The notes under the pieces: generated by a model
Seen by the model: only the letters and a program-made list of their open reading frames with translations
Databases searched by the model: none
What the model was told of the DNA's origin: nothing
Part shown: in pieces, positions 27,514-36,849 of the stretch
Layout: each line of letters opens with the position of its first letter
How positions within the stretch are numbered: position 1 is the first letter of the stretch
Program-made: the position numbers and the translations under genes
NCBI GenBank assembly: GCA_033764015.1
Contig: JANRJK010000046.1
Coordinates: 96,001-160,000 of the forward strand
Length of the DNA stretch: 64,000 bases
Source: Candidatus Sumerlaeia bacterium
GTDB taxonomy: Bacteria > Sumerlaeota > Sumerlaeia > SLMS01 > JANRJK01
Direction of reading: 5' to 3'

Positions 27514-28713
27514 GTGCTCGATATCACCGAAATGCTCCGCATCACGGTGGAGCGCAAAGCCTCCGACCTCCACATCGCCGTGGGGCGACCGCCCGTGATC
27601 CGCGTGGACGGCAGCCTGATCAACATCGACCACCCGCCGCTTTCCGCCGCCGACACGCGCCGCCTCATCTACGGCATCCTGACGGACATCCAGAAGCAGA
27701 AGTTCGAGGACGCGAAGGACCTCGACTTCTCGCTGTCGGTCACGAACGTGGCGCGCTTCCGCGTGAATGCGCACTTCCAGCGCGGCTCCGTCGCCGGCGC
27801 CTTCCGTCTGATCCCGAGCCAGATCAAGAGCTTCGACGAGCTGAACCTCCCGCGCCAGGTCTGCGAGTTCCTTTGCTCGCGCCCGAACGGCCTCACCCTC
27901 GTCACCGGGCCGACGGGTTCCGGCAAGTCGACGACGCTCGCCGCGCTCATCGACAAGATCAACAGCGAGCGCGCCTGCCACATCATCACCGCCGAGGACC
28001 CGATCGAGTACCTGCACCACCACAAGACCGCGCTCGTCGAACAGCGCGAGGTGAACGAGGACACGATCAGCTTCTCCACCGCCCTCAAGTACGCGCTCCG
28101 CCAGGACCCGGACGTGATCCTGGTCGGCGAAATGCGCGACCTCGAGACGATCTCCGCCGCCATCACCGCGGCGGAAACGGGCCACTTGGTGTTCTCCACG
28201 CTCCACACGGTCGACGTGGTGCAGACCGTGGACCGCGTGATCGACGTGTTCCCCCCGCACCAGCAGGAGCAGATCCGCATCATGCTCGCCTCGGTCATGG
28301 AAGGCATCATGTCGCAGCGCCTCCTTCCCTCGATCAAGGGCGGCCGCTGCGCCGCGATCGAGATCCTCCTCGGCACGGACGCCATCCGGAACATGGTGCG
28401 CGAAGGCAAGACGCACCAGGTGCCCGCGTTCATGGAGGCGGGCGCCAAGTACGGCATGGTGACCATGGACCGCGCGCTCATCGACCTGGTGAAGAAGGGC
28501 TCGATCACGCGCGACCTCGCCATCGTGAACGCGCGCAAGCCGGAGGAAGTGAAGAAGGCGATCGGCGGCGGCGGCGGCTCGATGTCGTCTTCCGGCATGG
28601 GCGGCATGGGTGGCGGCTCCGGCTCCATGGGCGGGCCCCCGGCCGGGAACCCGTACGCCGGCAGCGCGTCGCCGATGGGCGGCATGGGCGGCGGGAGCTA
28701 CGGCAAGAAGTAG
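27514..28713 (+). CDS. pilT: Type IV pilus retraction ATPase
   Basis: ASDLHI, GPTGSGKSTT, EDPIEY, ALRQDPDVILVGEMRD, AETGHLVFSTLHT, AIRNMVRE; GTG start with SD AAGGA; Gly/Met-rich tail. Confidence 0.95.
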   Translation: MLDITEMLRITVERKASDLHIAVGRPPVIRVDGSLINIDHPPLSAADTRRLIYGILTDIQKQKFEDAKDLDFSLSVTNVARFRVNAHFQRGSVAGAFRLIPSQIKSFDELNLPRQVCEFLCSRPNGLTLVTGPTGSGKSTTLAALIDKINSERACHIITAEDPIEYLHHHKTALVEQREVNEDTISFSTALKYALRQDPDVILVGEMRDLETISAAITAAETGHLVFSTLHTVDVVQTVDRVIDVFPPHQQEQIRIMLASVMEGIMSQRLLPSIKGGRCAAIEILLGTDAIRNMVREGKTHQVPAFMEAGAKYGMVTMDRALIDLVKKGSITRDLAIVNARKPEEVKKAIGGGGGSMSSSGMGGMGGGSGSMGGPPAGNPYAGSASPMGGMGGGSYGKK

Positions 28714-28748
28714 CGTCCCCGGGCCGCGAACCCGTCCGCACGGACCCT

Positions 28749-28782
28749 CGACGCCCCCGCGCCCCCCGGCGCGGGGGCGTCG
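28749..28782 (+). terminator. GC hairpin after pilT
   Basis: cgacgcccccgcgcc-cccc-ggcgcgggggcgtcg. Confidence 0.6.
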
Positions 28783-28898
28783 CTCCGTCCGGGGACCCGA
28801 TCGCGCGTGCGCCCGAACTTTTTCTTGCCGTTGTTCCGGCAGCGGGCGCGCCCTGAAGGGAGCCTCCACCGGAGGCGAATTCCCTCCGAGGCCCCGCC

Positions 28899-30092
28899 GT
28901 GTTCGCCAAGCCCCGTCCGCACACCGCCACCCCGCAGCGCGCGCTCACCGCGAAGGACTGGGCGCGCCGCGCGGCGACCGCGCACAAGGAAGGTGCGCTC
29001 CGCCTCGCGGTGGACTGCGCACGACGCGCGACGCTGTTGTCGCCGCTCAACCCCGACATCCGCGAGCTCTACACGCAGCTCCTCTACCAGCGCGTCGAAC
29101 GCGAGATCGCGGGCGAGGCGCTCGAGCCCGCCAACGTCTCGCCTATCCCCGACGATCCCTTCCCGGAGGAGTTCGACCAGCACATGGCGCCGCCCCCGGC
29201 TCAGCGCCCGGCGCCCCGCCCCATCCCCCGGCACCCCGACGCGCCGCGCCCGCAGCGCCCGCCGCAGCAGCCCGCGGCCCGCGCGCCGCGCGCCGCCGGG
29301 TTCAGCCTCGCCGACCTCGGCAGCGAGTTCGACCACGCCGGCGTGGACGAGGATCCGGCACCGCCGGAGCCCGCGCGCCGCGCGCGCCGGACGCGGCCGA
29401 TCGAAACGCCGTTCGACGACGACGCGCCGCGCCGCCGCTGGCTGAAGCCCGCCATCGCCGCGGCCGCCGCGATCCTCCTGGTGGCCCTCGTCGCCGCGAT
29501 GCTCCAGCCCGGCGTATCCTGGGGAACGCTTCAAGGCGGGGAGAAAGCGTTCTCGCAGCTCGACGACGTGCCCGCGGAACTGCGCGAGGAACTGAACAAC
29601 GCCAACCGGCTCCTGGGCCGCGGCCAGGCGCACGAAGCGGTGTCGGTCCTGCGCGCCGCCGTGGTGAAGCACCCGTCCAATTCGGCGGAGGTCAACTCGC
29701 GCCTCGCGTGGGCGCTCGCCATGCACGCGAAGTCGCGCTCCGCGGAACGCGACCACACAGGCGCGGTCAAGGCGCTCGAGGAGGCGACGCGCCTCCTCCC
29801 CGGCGAAGCGGAGCTTTGGGAGCAGTTGGGGCGCACCTTCCGCGAACAGGCCGCTTCCACCACGGAGCGCAGCGCCGCGCGGCGCCAGCTCGCCAGCGCG
29901 GAGACCGCCTACCGCCGCGCGCTCGAGCGGCAGAACGACCGCGCCGCCGCCCTGCTGGGCCTCGGCGAAGTCTACGCCGCGTCCGACGACGCCAAGCGCG
30001 CCCGAGAGCAGTTCAACGCCGTGCTGGAGAAAGCCCCGCGCAGCTCCGAGGCGAAGGTCGCCACCGCGAGCCTGCGCCGACTTGGCGAATAG
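28899..30092 (+). CDS. Single-TM protein with C-terminal TPR repeats
   Basis: Pro-rich cytoplasmic linker; TM IAAAAAILLVALVAAML; TPR-like helices ALEEATRLLP...LG and AYRRAL...ALLGLGEVY. Confidence 0.75.
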   Translation: MFAKPRPHTATPQRALTAKDWARRAATAHKEGALRLAVDCARRATLLSPLNPDIRELYTQLLYQRVEREIAGEALEPANVSPIPDDPFPEEFDQHMAPPPAQRPAPRPIPRHPDAPRPQRPPQQPAARAPRAAGFSLADLGSEFDHAGVDEDPAPPEPARRARRTRPIETPFDDDAPRRRWLKPAIAAAAAILLVALVAAMLQPGVSWGTLQGGEKAFSQLDDVPAELREELNNANRLLGRGQAHEAVSVLRAAVVKHPSNSAEVNSRLAWALAMHAKSRSAERDHTGAVKALEEATRLLPGEAELWEQLGRTFREQAASTTERSAARRQLASAETAYRRALERQNDRAAALLGLGEVYAASDDAKRAREQFNAVLEKAPRSSEAKVATASLRRLGE

Positions 30093-30104
30093 GGGCGCCC
30101 GCCG

Positions 30105-30857
30105 CTACTTCTTCTTGAACAGGCCGCCCAGCTTACCGAGCAGCCCCGGCTTCGCCTCCGCCAGTGCCGCGGCGGCGGGCGCGGCGGCCTTCGGCGGCGA
30201 CACCGTCTTCGCGAGCCGCGGCGCGTAGGGATCGATCTGCGCCGCCGCGGCGGACAGGAACGGATCCCCGGGCCTCGAGGGCGAGCCGAGCGTCAGCCGG
30301 GCGAGCGCGAGCGTCGGGTTCTCGCCGTGCGCCACCGCCGCCTGCAGCCGCCCCCAGTCGCTCCCGTCGCCGTAGACGACGAAGGGGCAGAAGGGCTCCA
30401 TCGTCCCCAGACCCGCGCGGACCGCGTCCGCGCGCCCGATCGAAATCATGTTCACGGCGTTCTCGAGGAAGGCGATGCTCCGGCGCAGCGCCGCCAGGTT
30501 GTCCGGATCGTTCGTCGCCCACGGCGCTTCGAGGCGGAGCACGCCCTGCCGCGATTTCGACGTGACGCGCCCGCGCAGCGAGGGCAGCGCGGCGATCCAC
30601 GCCCAATAGTCGGTCGCCGGCTCCAGCGTGCTGCGCACCTGGTCCAGCCGGAACTCCGCGTCCTCGATCCGCGTGGAAAACGAATTCGCGTCGCCGTGCG
30701 CCGCGCGCGCCGCGAGGACCGACTCGCCCGGCGCGACCGTGTTCCGCGCGCCGAAGCAGAACAGCCACAGCAGCGGGATGCGGTCCGGCGAGACGAGGAG
30801 CGGCTGCGGCTCGCCGCCGTTCGGTGCGGAGTAGAGGAGCTGGCTCGGGCGGCTCAT
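30105..30857 (-). CDS. Hypothetical protein
   Basis: Fills the gap between real genes with host-like codon usage; ends GLLGKLGGLFKKK. Confidence 0.65.
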   Translation of the reverse strand: MSRPSQLLYSAPNGGEPQPLLVSPDRIPLLWLFCFGARNTVAPGESVLAARAAHGDANSFSTRIEDAEFRLDQVRSTLEPATDYWAWIAALPSLRGRVTSKSRQGVLRLEAPWATNDPDNLAALRRSIAFLENAVNMISIGRADAVRAGLGTMEPFCPFVVYGDGSDWGRLQAAVAHGENPTLALARLTLGSPSRPGDPFLSAAAAQIDPYAPRLAKTVSPPKAAAPAAAALAEAKPGLLGKLGGLFKKK

Positions 30858-30993
30858 GGGACGCGGCGTCCGGGCGGGGGAGTGGGGCCGATAGCTACCG
30901 CGGAACCGTGCGGCGGCGCCCCCGCCTGCGAAAGGGGAAAGTGGCGCGCGCGTTGTCTTGCGCCGCGCCCGCATCCGGGCGAGGAACACCGCC

Positions 30994-31848
30994 ATGATCG
31001 TCTACCTCAACGGCGTGTTCAAACCCCTGCTCGAAGCCTCGCTGGATCCCACCGACCGTGGCTTCCTGCTGGGCGAGTCGGTCTTCGAGACAATCCGCGT
31101 CGAGCAGGCGCAGCCGCTCGAGTACGAGGCGCACACGCGCCGGCTCCAGGCGTCCGCCGCGTGGCTCGGCGTCCGGTGCCCCGGCGCCGCGGAGCTGCTC
31201 GAGGTGATCCAGCAGACGGTCGATGCGAACGGCCTCGCCGCGGCGCGCGTGCGGATCACGCTATCGCCCGGCTCCGAACCGGGCGGCGCGCCGACCCTGC
31301 TGGTCGCCGCGCTGCCGATCGACGACGCGCTGCTGGACCGCCAGCGCATGGCGGGCTGGCACGCGCTCACGGTGCAGGAACCGGTGAACGAGCGCTCCTC
31401 GCTCCGGCGGCACAAGTGCGGCTCGTACCTGGAGCAGGTCCGCGCGCGCCGCCTGGCGCAGGCGAACGGCGCCGACGAGGCGCTCCTGCTCAACACGCTC
31501 GGGCGCGTCGCCGAATGCGCCATGGCGAACCTCTTCGCGGTGCTCGAGGGCGACCTGATCGCCACGCCCCCGGTCGAGGAGGGCGCGCTCCCGGGCGTGA
31601 TGCGCCGCCGGGTGCTGGCGCTCGCCGACGAGCTGGGCCTCGACAGCGCCGAGGTGCCACTCACTCCGGAGGACCTCCGCAAGGCGCAGGAGCTCTTCGC
31701 AACCAACGTCATGATCCAAGTGCAGCCGATCGTCACGCTGGACGGCGCGGCGGTGGGTTCCGGCGGGCCGGGGTCGCTCACGCGCCAGCTCTTCCGCGCG
31801 CACCGGGCGGACGTGGACCGCTACCTGTTCGAGGTGCGGCGTGGCTGA
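30994..31848 (+). CDS. Class IV PLP enzyme (PabC/IlvE/D-amino-acid aminotransferase family)
   Basis: YLNG, DRGFLLGESVFETIR, HK (PLP Lys), DEALLLN, ECAMANLF, LPGVMR, ELFATN. Confidence 0.9.
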   Translation: MIVYLNGVFKPLLEASLDPTDRGFLLGESVFETIRVEQAQPLEYEAHTRRLQASAAWLGVRCPGAAELLEVIQQTVDANGLAAARVRITLSPGSEPGGAPTLLVAALPIDDALLDRQRMAGWHALTVQEPVNERSSLRRHKCGSYLEQVRARRLAQANGADEALLLNTLGRVAECAMANLFAVLEGDLIATPPVEEGALPGVMRRRVLALADELGLDSAEVPLTPEDLRKAQELFATNVMIQVQPIVTLDGAAVGSGGPGSLTRQLFRAHRADVDRYLFEVRRG

Positions 31849-32257
31849 GCGCGGGGGCTGGGACCGCCGCTACGCGGCGCTGGCGTTGTGCTGCGGGCTG
31901 TTCCTGATCGCGCTGGGCCAGCGGCCCGGGCGCGAGGTGCCGCGGCTGGACCTCGGCCTCCCGCTGCCCGGCGACAAGATCGCGCACTTCCTGGCCTACG
32001 GGTTCTACGCGGCGCTGCTTTGGCGCGCCGCGGTGCCGCCCGGCGGTAGGCGCGCGGCGGCGCTCCCCGACCCGGCGGCGTTCACGGTCTGCGTGGTGGC
32101 GGCGACGGGCGCGCTGGACGAGTTGCTGCAAGGCGTGGCGGACCGCGGCCGGACGATGGAGCTGTGGGACTGGGCGGCGGATTGCGCGGGGGCCGCGGCG
32201 GTGTGCGCGGCGGGCGCCTGGGAGCGGCGGCGGGCCCGCGGTGCTGGAGGAAGGTGA
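31841..32257 (+). CDS. VanZ-like membrane protein
   Basis: DKIAHFLAYG, GALDELLQ, GR...DWAADCAG. Confidence 0.85.
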   Translation: MAERGGWDRRYAALALCCGLFLIALGQRPGREVPRLDLGLPLPGDKIAHFLAYGFYAALLWRAAVPPGGRRAAALPDPAAFTVCVVAATGALDELLQGVADRGRTMELWDWAADCAGAAAVCAAGAWERRRARGAGGR

Positions 32258-32334
32258 GAGATTCGAACTCTCGGTGCCCTCGCGGGCACGGCTGCTTTCA
32301 AGGCAGCTGCCTTAAACCACTCGGCCAACCTTCC
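32245..32334 (-). tRNA. tRNA-Ser (anticodon UGA), CCA encoded
   Basis: Acceptor GGAAGGT/ACCTTCC, D-arm GGCCGAGTGGTTTAAGGC, anticodon arm GCTGC-CTTGAAA-GCAGC, long variable arm GTGCCC-GCGA-GGGCAC, T-arm GAGAG-TTCGAAT-CTCTC. Confidence 0.97.
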
Positions 32335-32388
32335 TCAGCGGTGCGGGACGCGGCGCGATGATCGCCGCGTCCCGCCGGAGGGAATCAA

Positions 32389-32787
32389 TCAAAAGGCGGC
32401 GACGCGCCGGGCGGCGTGCTTGTCCGGCGAGTGCTTCTCGAGGGCGGCGCGGGCGGACTCGACCAGCTTGGTGAAGCCGGCCGCGTCGTGGATCGCGATC
32501 TCGCTGAGCATCTTGCGGTTGATCTGGATGCCGGCGAGGTTGAGCCCGTTGATCATGCGGCTGTAGGGCATGCCGTTCTGGCGGCACGCCGCGTTGATGC
32601 GGGCGATCCAGAGGCGGCGGAAGTTGCGCTTGTTCTGCTTGCGGTCGCGGAAGGCGTAGCGGAGCGCGCGGCGCACCGTTTCCTTGGCGTTCTGGAAGAG
32701 GCGGTGGCGCCCCGAGAAATAGCCGCGGGCCAGCTTGAGCATCTTCTTACGGCGGCGGCGCGAGGCGGGGTTGTTTGTGGCTCTCAT
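32389..32787 (-). CDS. rplT: 50S ribosomal protein L20
   Basis: LARGYFSGR, YAFRDRKQNKRNFRRLWIARINAA, INRKMLSEIA. Confidence 0.98.
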   Translation of the reverse strand: MRATNNPASRRRRKKMLKLARGYFSGRHRLFQNAKETVRRALRYAFRDRKQNKRNFRRLWIARINAACRQNGMPYSRMINGLNLAGIQINRKMLSEIAIHDAAGFTKLVESARAALEKHSPDKHAARRVAAF

Positions 32788-32847
32788 CGGTGGTGGTCCT
32801 CGATCGAGGGGAAGTCGGAGTGGCGCGCGGAGGCGTTCGGAGCGGGG

Positions 32848-33042
32848 TTAGGCCTGGAGCAGCTTGATGACGCGGGCGGCTTCCATGGGGGCCAGCGTTC
32901 CGGCCTTCCTCAGGTGGCGCTTCCGCTTCACGGACTTCTTGGTCAGGATGTGGCGGCGGTTCTGCTTGGTGTACTTCACCTTGCCGGTGCCGGTCACCTT
33001 GAAGCGCTTCTTGGTGCCCGAGTGGGTCTTCATCTTCGGCAT
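32848..33042 (-). CDS. rpmI: 50S ribosomal protein L35
   Basis: [21 protein letters not shown]...HILTKK...KRHLR. Confidence 0.98.
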   Translation of the reverse strand: MPKMKTHSGTKKRFKVTGTGKVKYTKQNRRHILTKKSVKRKRHLRKAGTLAPMEAARVIKLLQA

Positions 33043-33091
33043 CGGGAATCTCCTTTCGTTGCCGTGTGCGGCGGCTTGCTGGACCGCGGGG

Positions 33092-33652
33092 TCAGGACTC
33101 TTCGGCGTCCGCGGCCTTGGCGGCGGCGGCCTTCGCCTGTGCCTTCTTCTTGGGGCTCATCATGAAGTTGTGGATGCGGCCCATGCGCTGGATACCCTGC
33201 TCGACGTCGGCCACTTCCTTCAGCGACTCGGTCACGTTCTCCACCAGCTCGTGCACGCGCTCGGGCTTGGTGACCTCGCGTCCGCGCAGGGTGATGGTGA
33301 ACTTCACCTTGTCGCCCTTGTCGAAGAACTTCCGCGCGTGCCCCAGCTTCGTCTCGAGGTCGTGCTTGTCGATCGAGATGCGGAGCTTGATTTCCTTCAG
33401 CTCCGAGGCGTGGGCCTTCTTGCGCGCTTCCTTCTTTTTCTTCTTCAGGTCGTAGAGGGCCTTCTTGAAATCGTAAATCCGGCAAACGGGGGGGTCCGCT
33501 TCCGGAGCCACCTCCACGAGGTCCAAGCTGGCTTCCTCCGCCTTGCGGAGCGCCTCCTCGAACGACAACACGCCAAGCATCTCGCCGGTCGCGGAGACCA
33601 GGCGGACTTGCGGCGAGCGGATCTGCCGATTCACGCGGGTATCGGGCTTAAT
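33092..33652 (-). CDS. infC: Translation initiation factor IF-3 (AUU start)
   Basis: [40 protein letters not shown]; in-frame ATT at 33652 preceded by GGAGGTG. Confidence 0.97.
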   Translation of the reverse strand: MKPDTRVNRQIRSPQVRLVSATGEMLGVLSFEEALRKAEEASLDLVEVAPEADPPVCRIYDFKKALYDLKKKKKEARKKAHASELKEIKLRISIDKHDLETKLGHARKFFDKGDKVKFTITLRGREVTKPERVHELVENVTESLKEVADVEQGIQRMGRIHNFMMSPKKKAQAKAAAAKAADAEES

Positions 33653-33682
33653 AGGACACCTCCGTCCGTTGCTGCGGGGCCC

Positions 33683-33853
33683 AAAACAAAAAGGCCTTTG
33701 CGTCGAATGGTCGCAAAGGCGCTCCGGGCGTTTCGGTTGTGGGGATGGAGCGCGCAGCCCACGGGGCGCGGCGCGATCCGTCTTGGGGAACCGACCCGTG
33801 CCGCAGCCCTCGCGGGGCGCCGACGGGTGAGAAGCCGGAGAGCCTCTACTTGT
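33683..33853 (-). ncRNA. L20-leader-like cis-regulatory RNA with attenuating terminator
   Basis: Minus strand AAGTAGAGGC-tctccg-GCTTCTCACCCGT...ACGGGT resembles the L20 leader core. It is followed by GCCTTTGCG-loop-CGCAAAGGC-CTTTTTGTTTT just upstream of the infC SD. Confidence 0.75.
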
Positions 33854-33989
33854 CCCGCACGCGGCGGGAAATGGAAGGGAACCCGCGCCCGCCCCCGCGC
33901 GTCAACGCTTTTCGTGCCCTGATGGAGCACAAAGCATCCGGCGATCACGAGGGGCGAGGGGGGGGAGAGCGGGAGCCTCCGATGCCCGC

Positions 33990-34631
33990 CTAGGGCGCCG
34001 GTTCGCCCTCGATGTGCAGCTCGGGCGTGTTTGCGGAGGTGATGGATAGAGGCGTGCATGCACCGGACGGGGCGACTGCAAGGTAGAAGGTGTACTCCCC
34101 CGGCAGGCTGCCCCCTTTGGCATTCGCCGAAAAGCGCGCGGACACGAAGGCAAGCGCTTCCACGTCCCCGCCGACGTCGAGCTTGGCAATGTCGCGCAGG
34201 TCGGAGAGCAAGGGGTCGCCCTCCGCCACAAGCGCGATCTCAAGCCGACTGGGATCAATTGATTCCCAGCGGTAGTTCTCACTGCCGAGCATGCCTCGAA
34301 ACGCCGCGAAGCCTCCGTCGACCGGAGGAGCCAAACCCCAACTTGGCCCCATAAAGTCCGCCGACTCCGGCGTCGTCGAGGCGACCACCGAGTAGACCCC
34401 CAAGACGCGCTCCGCGAGTGCTCGGCGCCCCAAGCCAACGGAGTCGGCCACATCAGGCGGCACCCTGTCCTCGAAAAGGTTGACGGCTTCGTTCCGGCGC
34501 TTGGCGAGGTCGCTTGGCCTCACTGAAACCATTGTCGGGGAAGGCTGCGGCGCCGCTCCCTGACTCTCCACGTCGTGATCGGGTGAGCAGGCGCACAAGA
34601 GCAACAGCGCAACCATTACCAAGCGCGGCAC
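33990..34631 (-). CDS. Hypothetical lipoprotein (lower-GC islet)
   Basis: MPRLVMVALLLLCA-C lipobox-like signal; atypical codon usage; start could also be 34616. Confidence 0.6.
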   Translation of the reverse strand: MPRLVMVALLLLCACSPDHDVESQGAAPQPSPTMVSVRPSDLAKRRNEAVNLFEDRVPPDVADSVGLGRRALAERVLGVYSVVASTTPESADFMGPSWGLAPPVDGGFAAFRGMLGSENYRWESIDPSRLEIALVAEGDPLLSDLRDIAKLDVGGDVEALAFVSARFSANAKGGSLPGEYTFYLAVAPSGACTPLSITSANTPELHIEGEPAP

Positions 34632-34642
34632 CAGAGGATGCG

Positions 34643-34990
34643 TCAACAAGGCGATACCTTCTTGGTGACTGATCTCGTTGAGTTTATGACCTTGTAGGTC
34701 CAACGGCAGCACTTGTCGATCCTTGTGCACAGGATACCGTTCGTGTAGGTCGTGACGTACTTGTACCTCGGGCATCCCGCCCTATTCTCGAAGGTCCCGT
34801 TGGTGTACTGATCATCGCAGATCCAGTCCGTCTCCACGCACGGTGGCGGGTCCCCACAAGGATTCTTGACGAGATCGGGCTCCTCAACCTCGGAGGCATC
34901 TCCAGGATTCTCTAGAGGAATACTCGCGAACGCGAGCGAGACCGCTATCGCTACCGCTGCAAGGGACGCAATTGACTTCTTGGAAATCAT
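34643..34990 (-). CDS. Small secreted Cys-rich protein (8 Cys)
   Basis: Signal MISKKSIASLAAVAIAVSLAFA; acidic spacer; eight Cys including the terminal residue. Confidence 0.68.
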   Translation of the reverse strand: MISKKSIASLAAVAIAVSLAFASIPLENPGDASEVEEPDLVKNPCGDPPPCVETDWICDDQYTNGTFENRAGCPRYKYVTTYTNGILCTRIDKCCRWTYKVINSTRSVTKKVSPC

Positions 34991-35169
34991 GCCTGGTGCC
35001 ATCCTTCCGGGTTGGGATGGCATGGTGTTTGCCCCTCCCCCCGAACGTCCGGCGCAACAAGATTGTTCTCAAGAACTCGCAAGAGCGCGAGCGAGTGCGG
35101 TCCCGCTTACCTGCGTACGGGGCAGCAATGGATCGATGAGCCATGTCAGCGCGTCGCAGGCTAGGTCTG

Positions 35170-35219
35170 CAAAAAGGTGATGCCGGAGCGTGCCCCCGGA
35201 ATCGTCACGCTCCGGCATC
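35170..35219 (-). terminator. Intrinsic terminator or attenuator upstream of the islet genes
   Basis: 14-bp stem gatgccggagcgtg/cacgctccggcatc, followed on the minus strand by acctttttg. Confidence 0.7.
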
Positions 35220-35472
35220 GGCTTACGAATGGAGATGTAAACTCCGCTCCCTTAAGCTGTTCCCCCAGCGTGCCGTTGCTATGGCTACCCTATACCACGT
35301 CTCGTGCCGCTACGCGCGGAGCAGCTATGTCCGGCAAGCACAGGGCTGATTTCAATAATCTTAACGGCTCTTCGGGAGGGCGCCGCCGACGGTGCGCCGG
35401 TGCGAATCCACGGCCCCGCCGCAACGGCGCGCGTTGCGCCGTGCGGGTGCCGTTGCAGCGCTGCAACCTTGT

Positions 35473-36849
35473 CTACGGAGCGCGGCGGGGCGCCGCCGGC
35501 GCGAGCGCCACCACCACCAGCAACGGCCAAATCGGCAGCCGGAACCGCGGGCCGGTGTTGCCGCCGGCCCAAAGCGACAGACCAGTGAGCAGCCCCGCCG
35601 CCGCCAGCGGCAGCAGCAGCCGCGCGTCGCGCTCCCCGAGCGCGCGCCACCCCCGCGCGATGGCGAGCCACAGCACCGCGAACAGGAGCGCCTGCTCCGC
35701 CAGGCCGAGCAGTAGGCCCTTCCACGCGGCGCGGTCGAGCGCGCCGCCGCCGGAAAGCATCGCCCCCGTGCCCGGGTAGGCGGCCCCGACCCACGGGCCA
35801 TAGTCCCGTAACGCGGGGGCGTAGAGCGCGGCGAGGCTCCGGAGCGTCACGCGCAGCGTCGCGGCGGGGTGCCCGGCGAAGATCCCGAGCGCCTCCGAAG
35901 TCCACCGGTCCGCGAGAGGCCCCGGCGGCGCCTCGCGCGACGGCCGGCTGATGAGGTGGTAGTGCTCCTTGAACTCGGCGATGTAGACCGTCCAGAAGTC
36001 CACTCCCTCCGCCTCGGCGCGGACCCGGTTGGCGTGCTCGAAGCGCAGGTTCCAGGCGCCGATCTCGCAGAAATGGAACGAGCCGAGCACCACCCGGTTG
36101 CGCGCCGTCCACGCGAGCGCCGGGAGCGCGAGCACGAGCAGCGCGGCCGCGGCCCAGCGCGGGGACAGGCGCCCGCGCCAAGCGATCCCCGCCACCGCCA
36201 AACCGGCCAGCGGCAGGAGGTACAACCCCACCGGGCGCACGAGTGGCAGCAGCCCGGCTACCGCGCACCCCATCAGCAGCGGCCCGCGCCCCGTCCGCCC
36301 GCCCAGCCCCGCGCGGAACCCCAGCCACAGCGCCGCGCAGACGCCGCACAGGAAGAGCACGTCCGTGTAGACGTAGAGCACCCATTGGAGCGTCAGCGGG
36401 TGGGCGGCGACGAACGCGGCGGCCACCGCCGCGCGCCGGGGGCCGGCGCCGAGTTCGCGCGCCGCGAGCCCCGCGAAGAGCCCCGCCCCAAGCGCCAGCA
36501 GCGCGTTGAGCCCCACCGCCACGAACGGGTCGGAGCCGAAGAGCGCGAAGGCAAGCGCCAGCACCGCCGGATAGCCCGGGGTCCGCATGCTGGAAGGCAA
36601 CAGATCGGGCGGGGGGATCTCGGAGAAGACGCCGTGGAGTCGCAGGTTCTCGGCCGCGCGCCAGTAGCCGACCGCGTCGAACTGCACCAGGCCCGGCACC
36701 CGCTGGTGGTGCGCGGCGGTCCAAAGCGCGGCCGCGAGCGCGGAGAGCGCCAGCGCCGCCGCCAGCCAACGCCGGAAGCGCGCCGCGTCGCTTCCTCCTT
36801 GCCGGTCGGAGGGCGGCGACTCAAGCTTGGCGGCGGAGGAAGGCGTCAT
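35473..36849 (-). CDS. GT-C membrane glycosyltransferase (ArnT/PMT, GT39/83-like)
   Basis: FDAVGY after TM1, RTPGYP, YTDVLF, LVRP, W..RN, RFRLP; multiple TM helices. Start uncertain. Confidence 0.8.
   Translation of the reverse strand: MTPSSAAKLESPPSDRQGGSDAARFRRWLAAALALSALAAALWTAAHHQRVPGLVQFDAVGYWRAAENLRLHGVFSEIPPPDLLPSSMRTPGYPAVLALAFALFGSDPFVAVGLNALLALGAGLFAGLAARELGAGPRRAAVAAAFVAAHPLTLQWVLYVYTDVLFLCGVCAALWLGFRAGLGGRTGRGPLLMGCAVAGLLPLVRPVGLYLLPLAGLAVAGIAWRGRLSPRWAAAALLVLALPALAWTARNRVVLGSFHFCEIGAWNLRFEHANRVRAEAEGVDFWTVYIAEFKEHYHLISRPSREAPPGPLADRWTSEALGIFAGHPAATLRVTLRSLAALYAPALRDYGPWVGAAYPGTGAMLSGGGALDRAAWKGLLLGLAEQALLFAVLWLAIARGWRALGERDARLLLPLAAAGLLTGLSLWAGGNTGPRFRLPIWPLLVVVALAPAAPRRAP

Noticed and set aside
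32245..32334. tRNA-Ser as an integration site for a prophage or island
   Set aside because: No integrase, no duplicated tRNA 3' end seen, and flanking genes have host-like composition.
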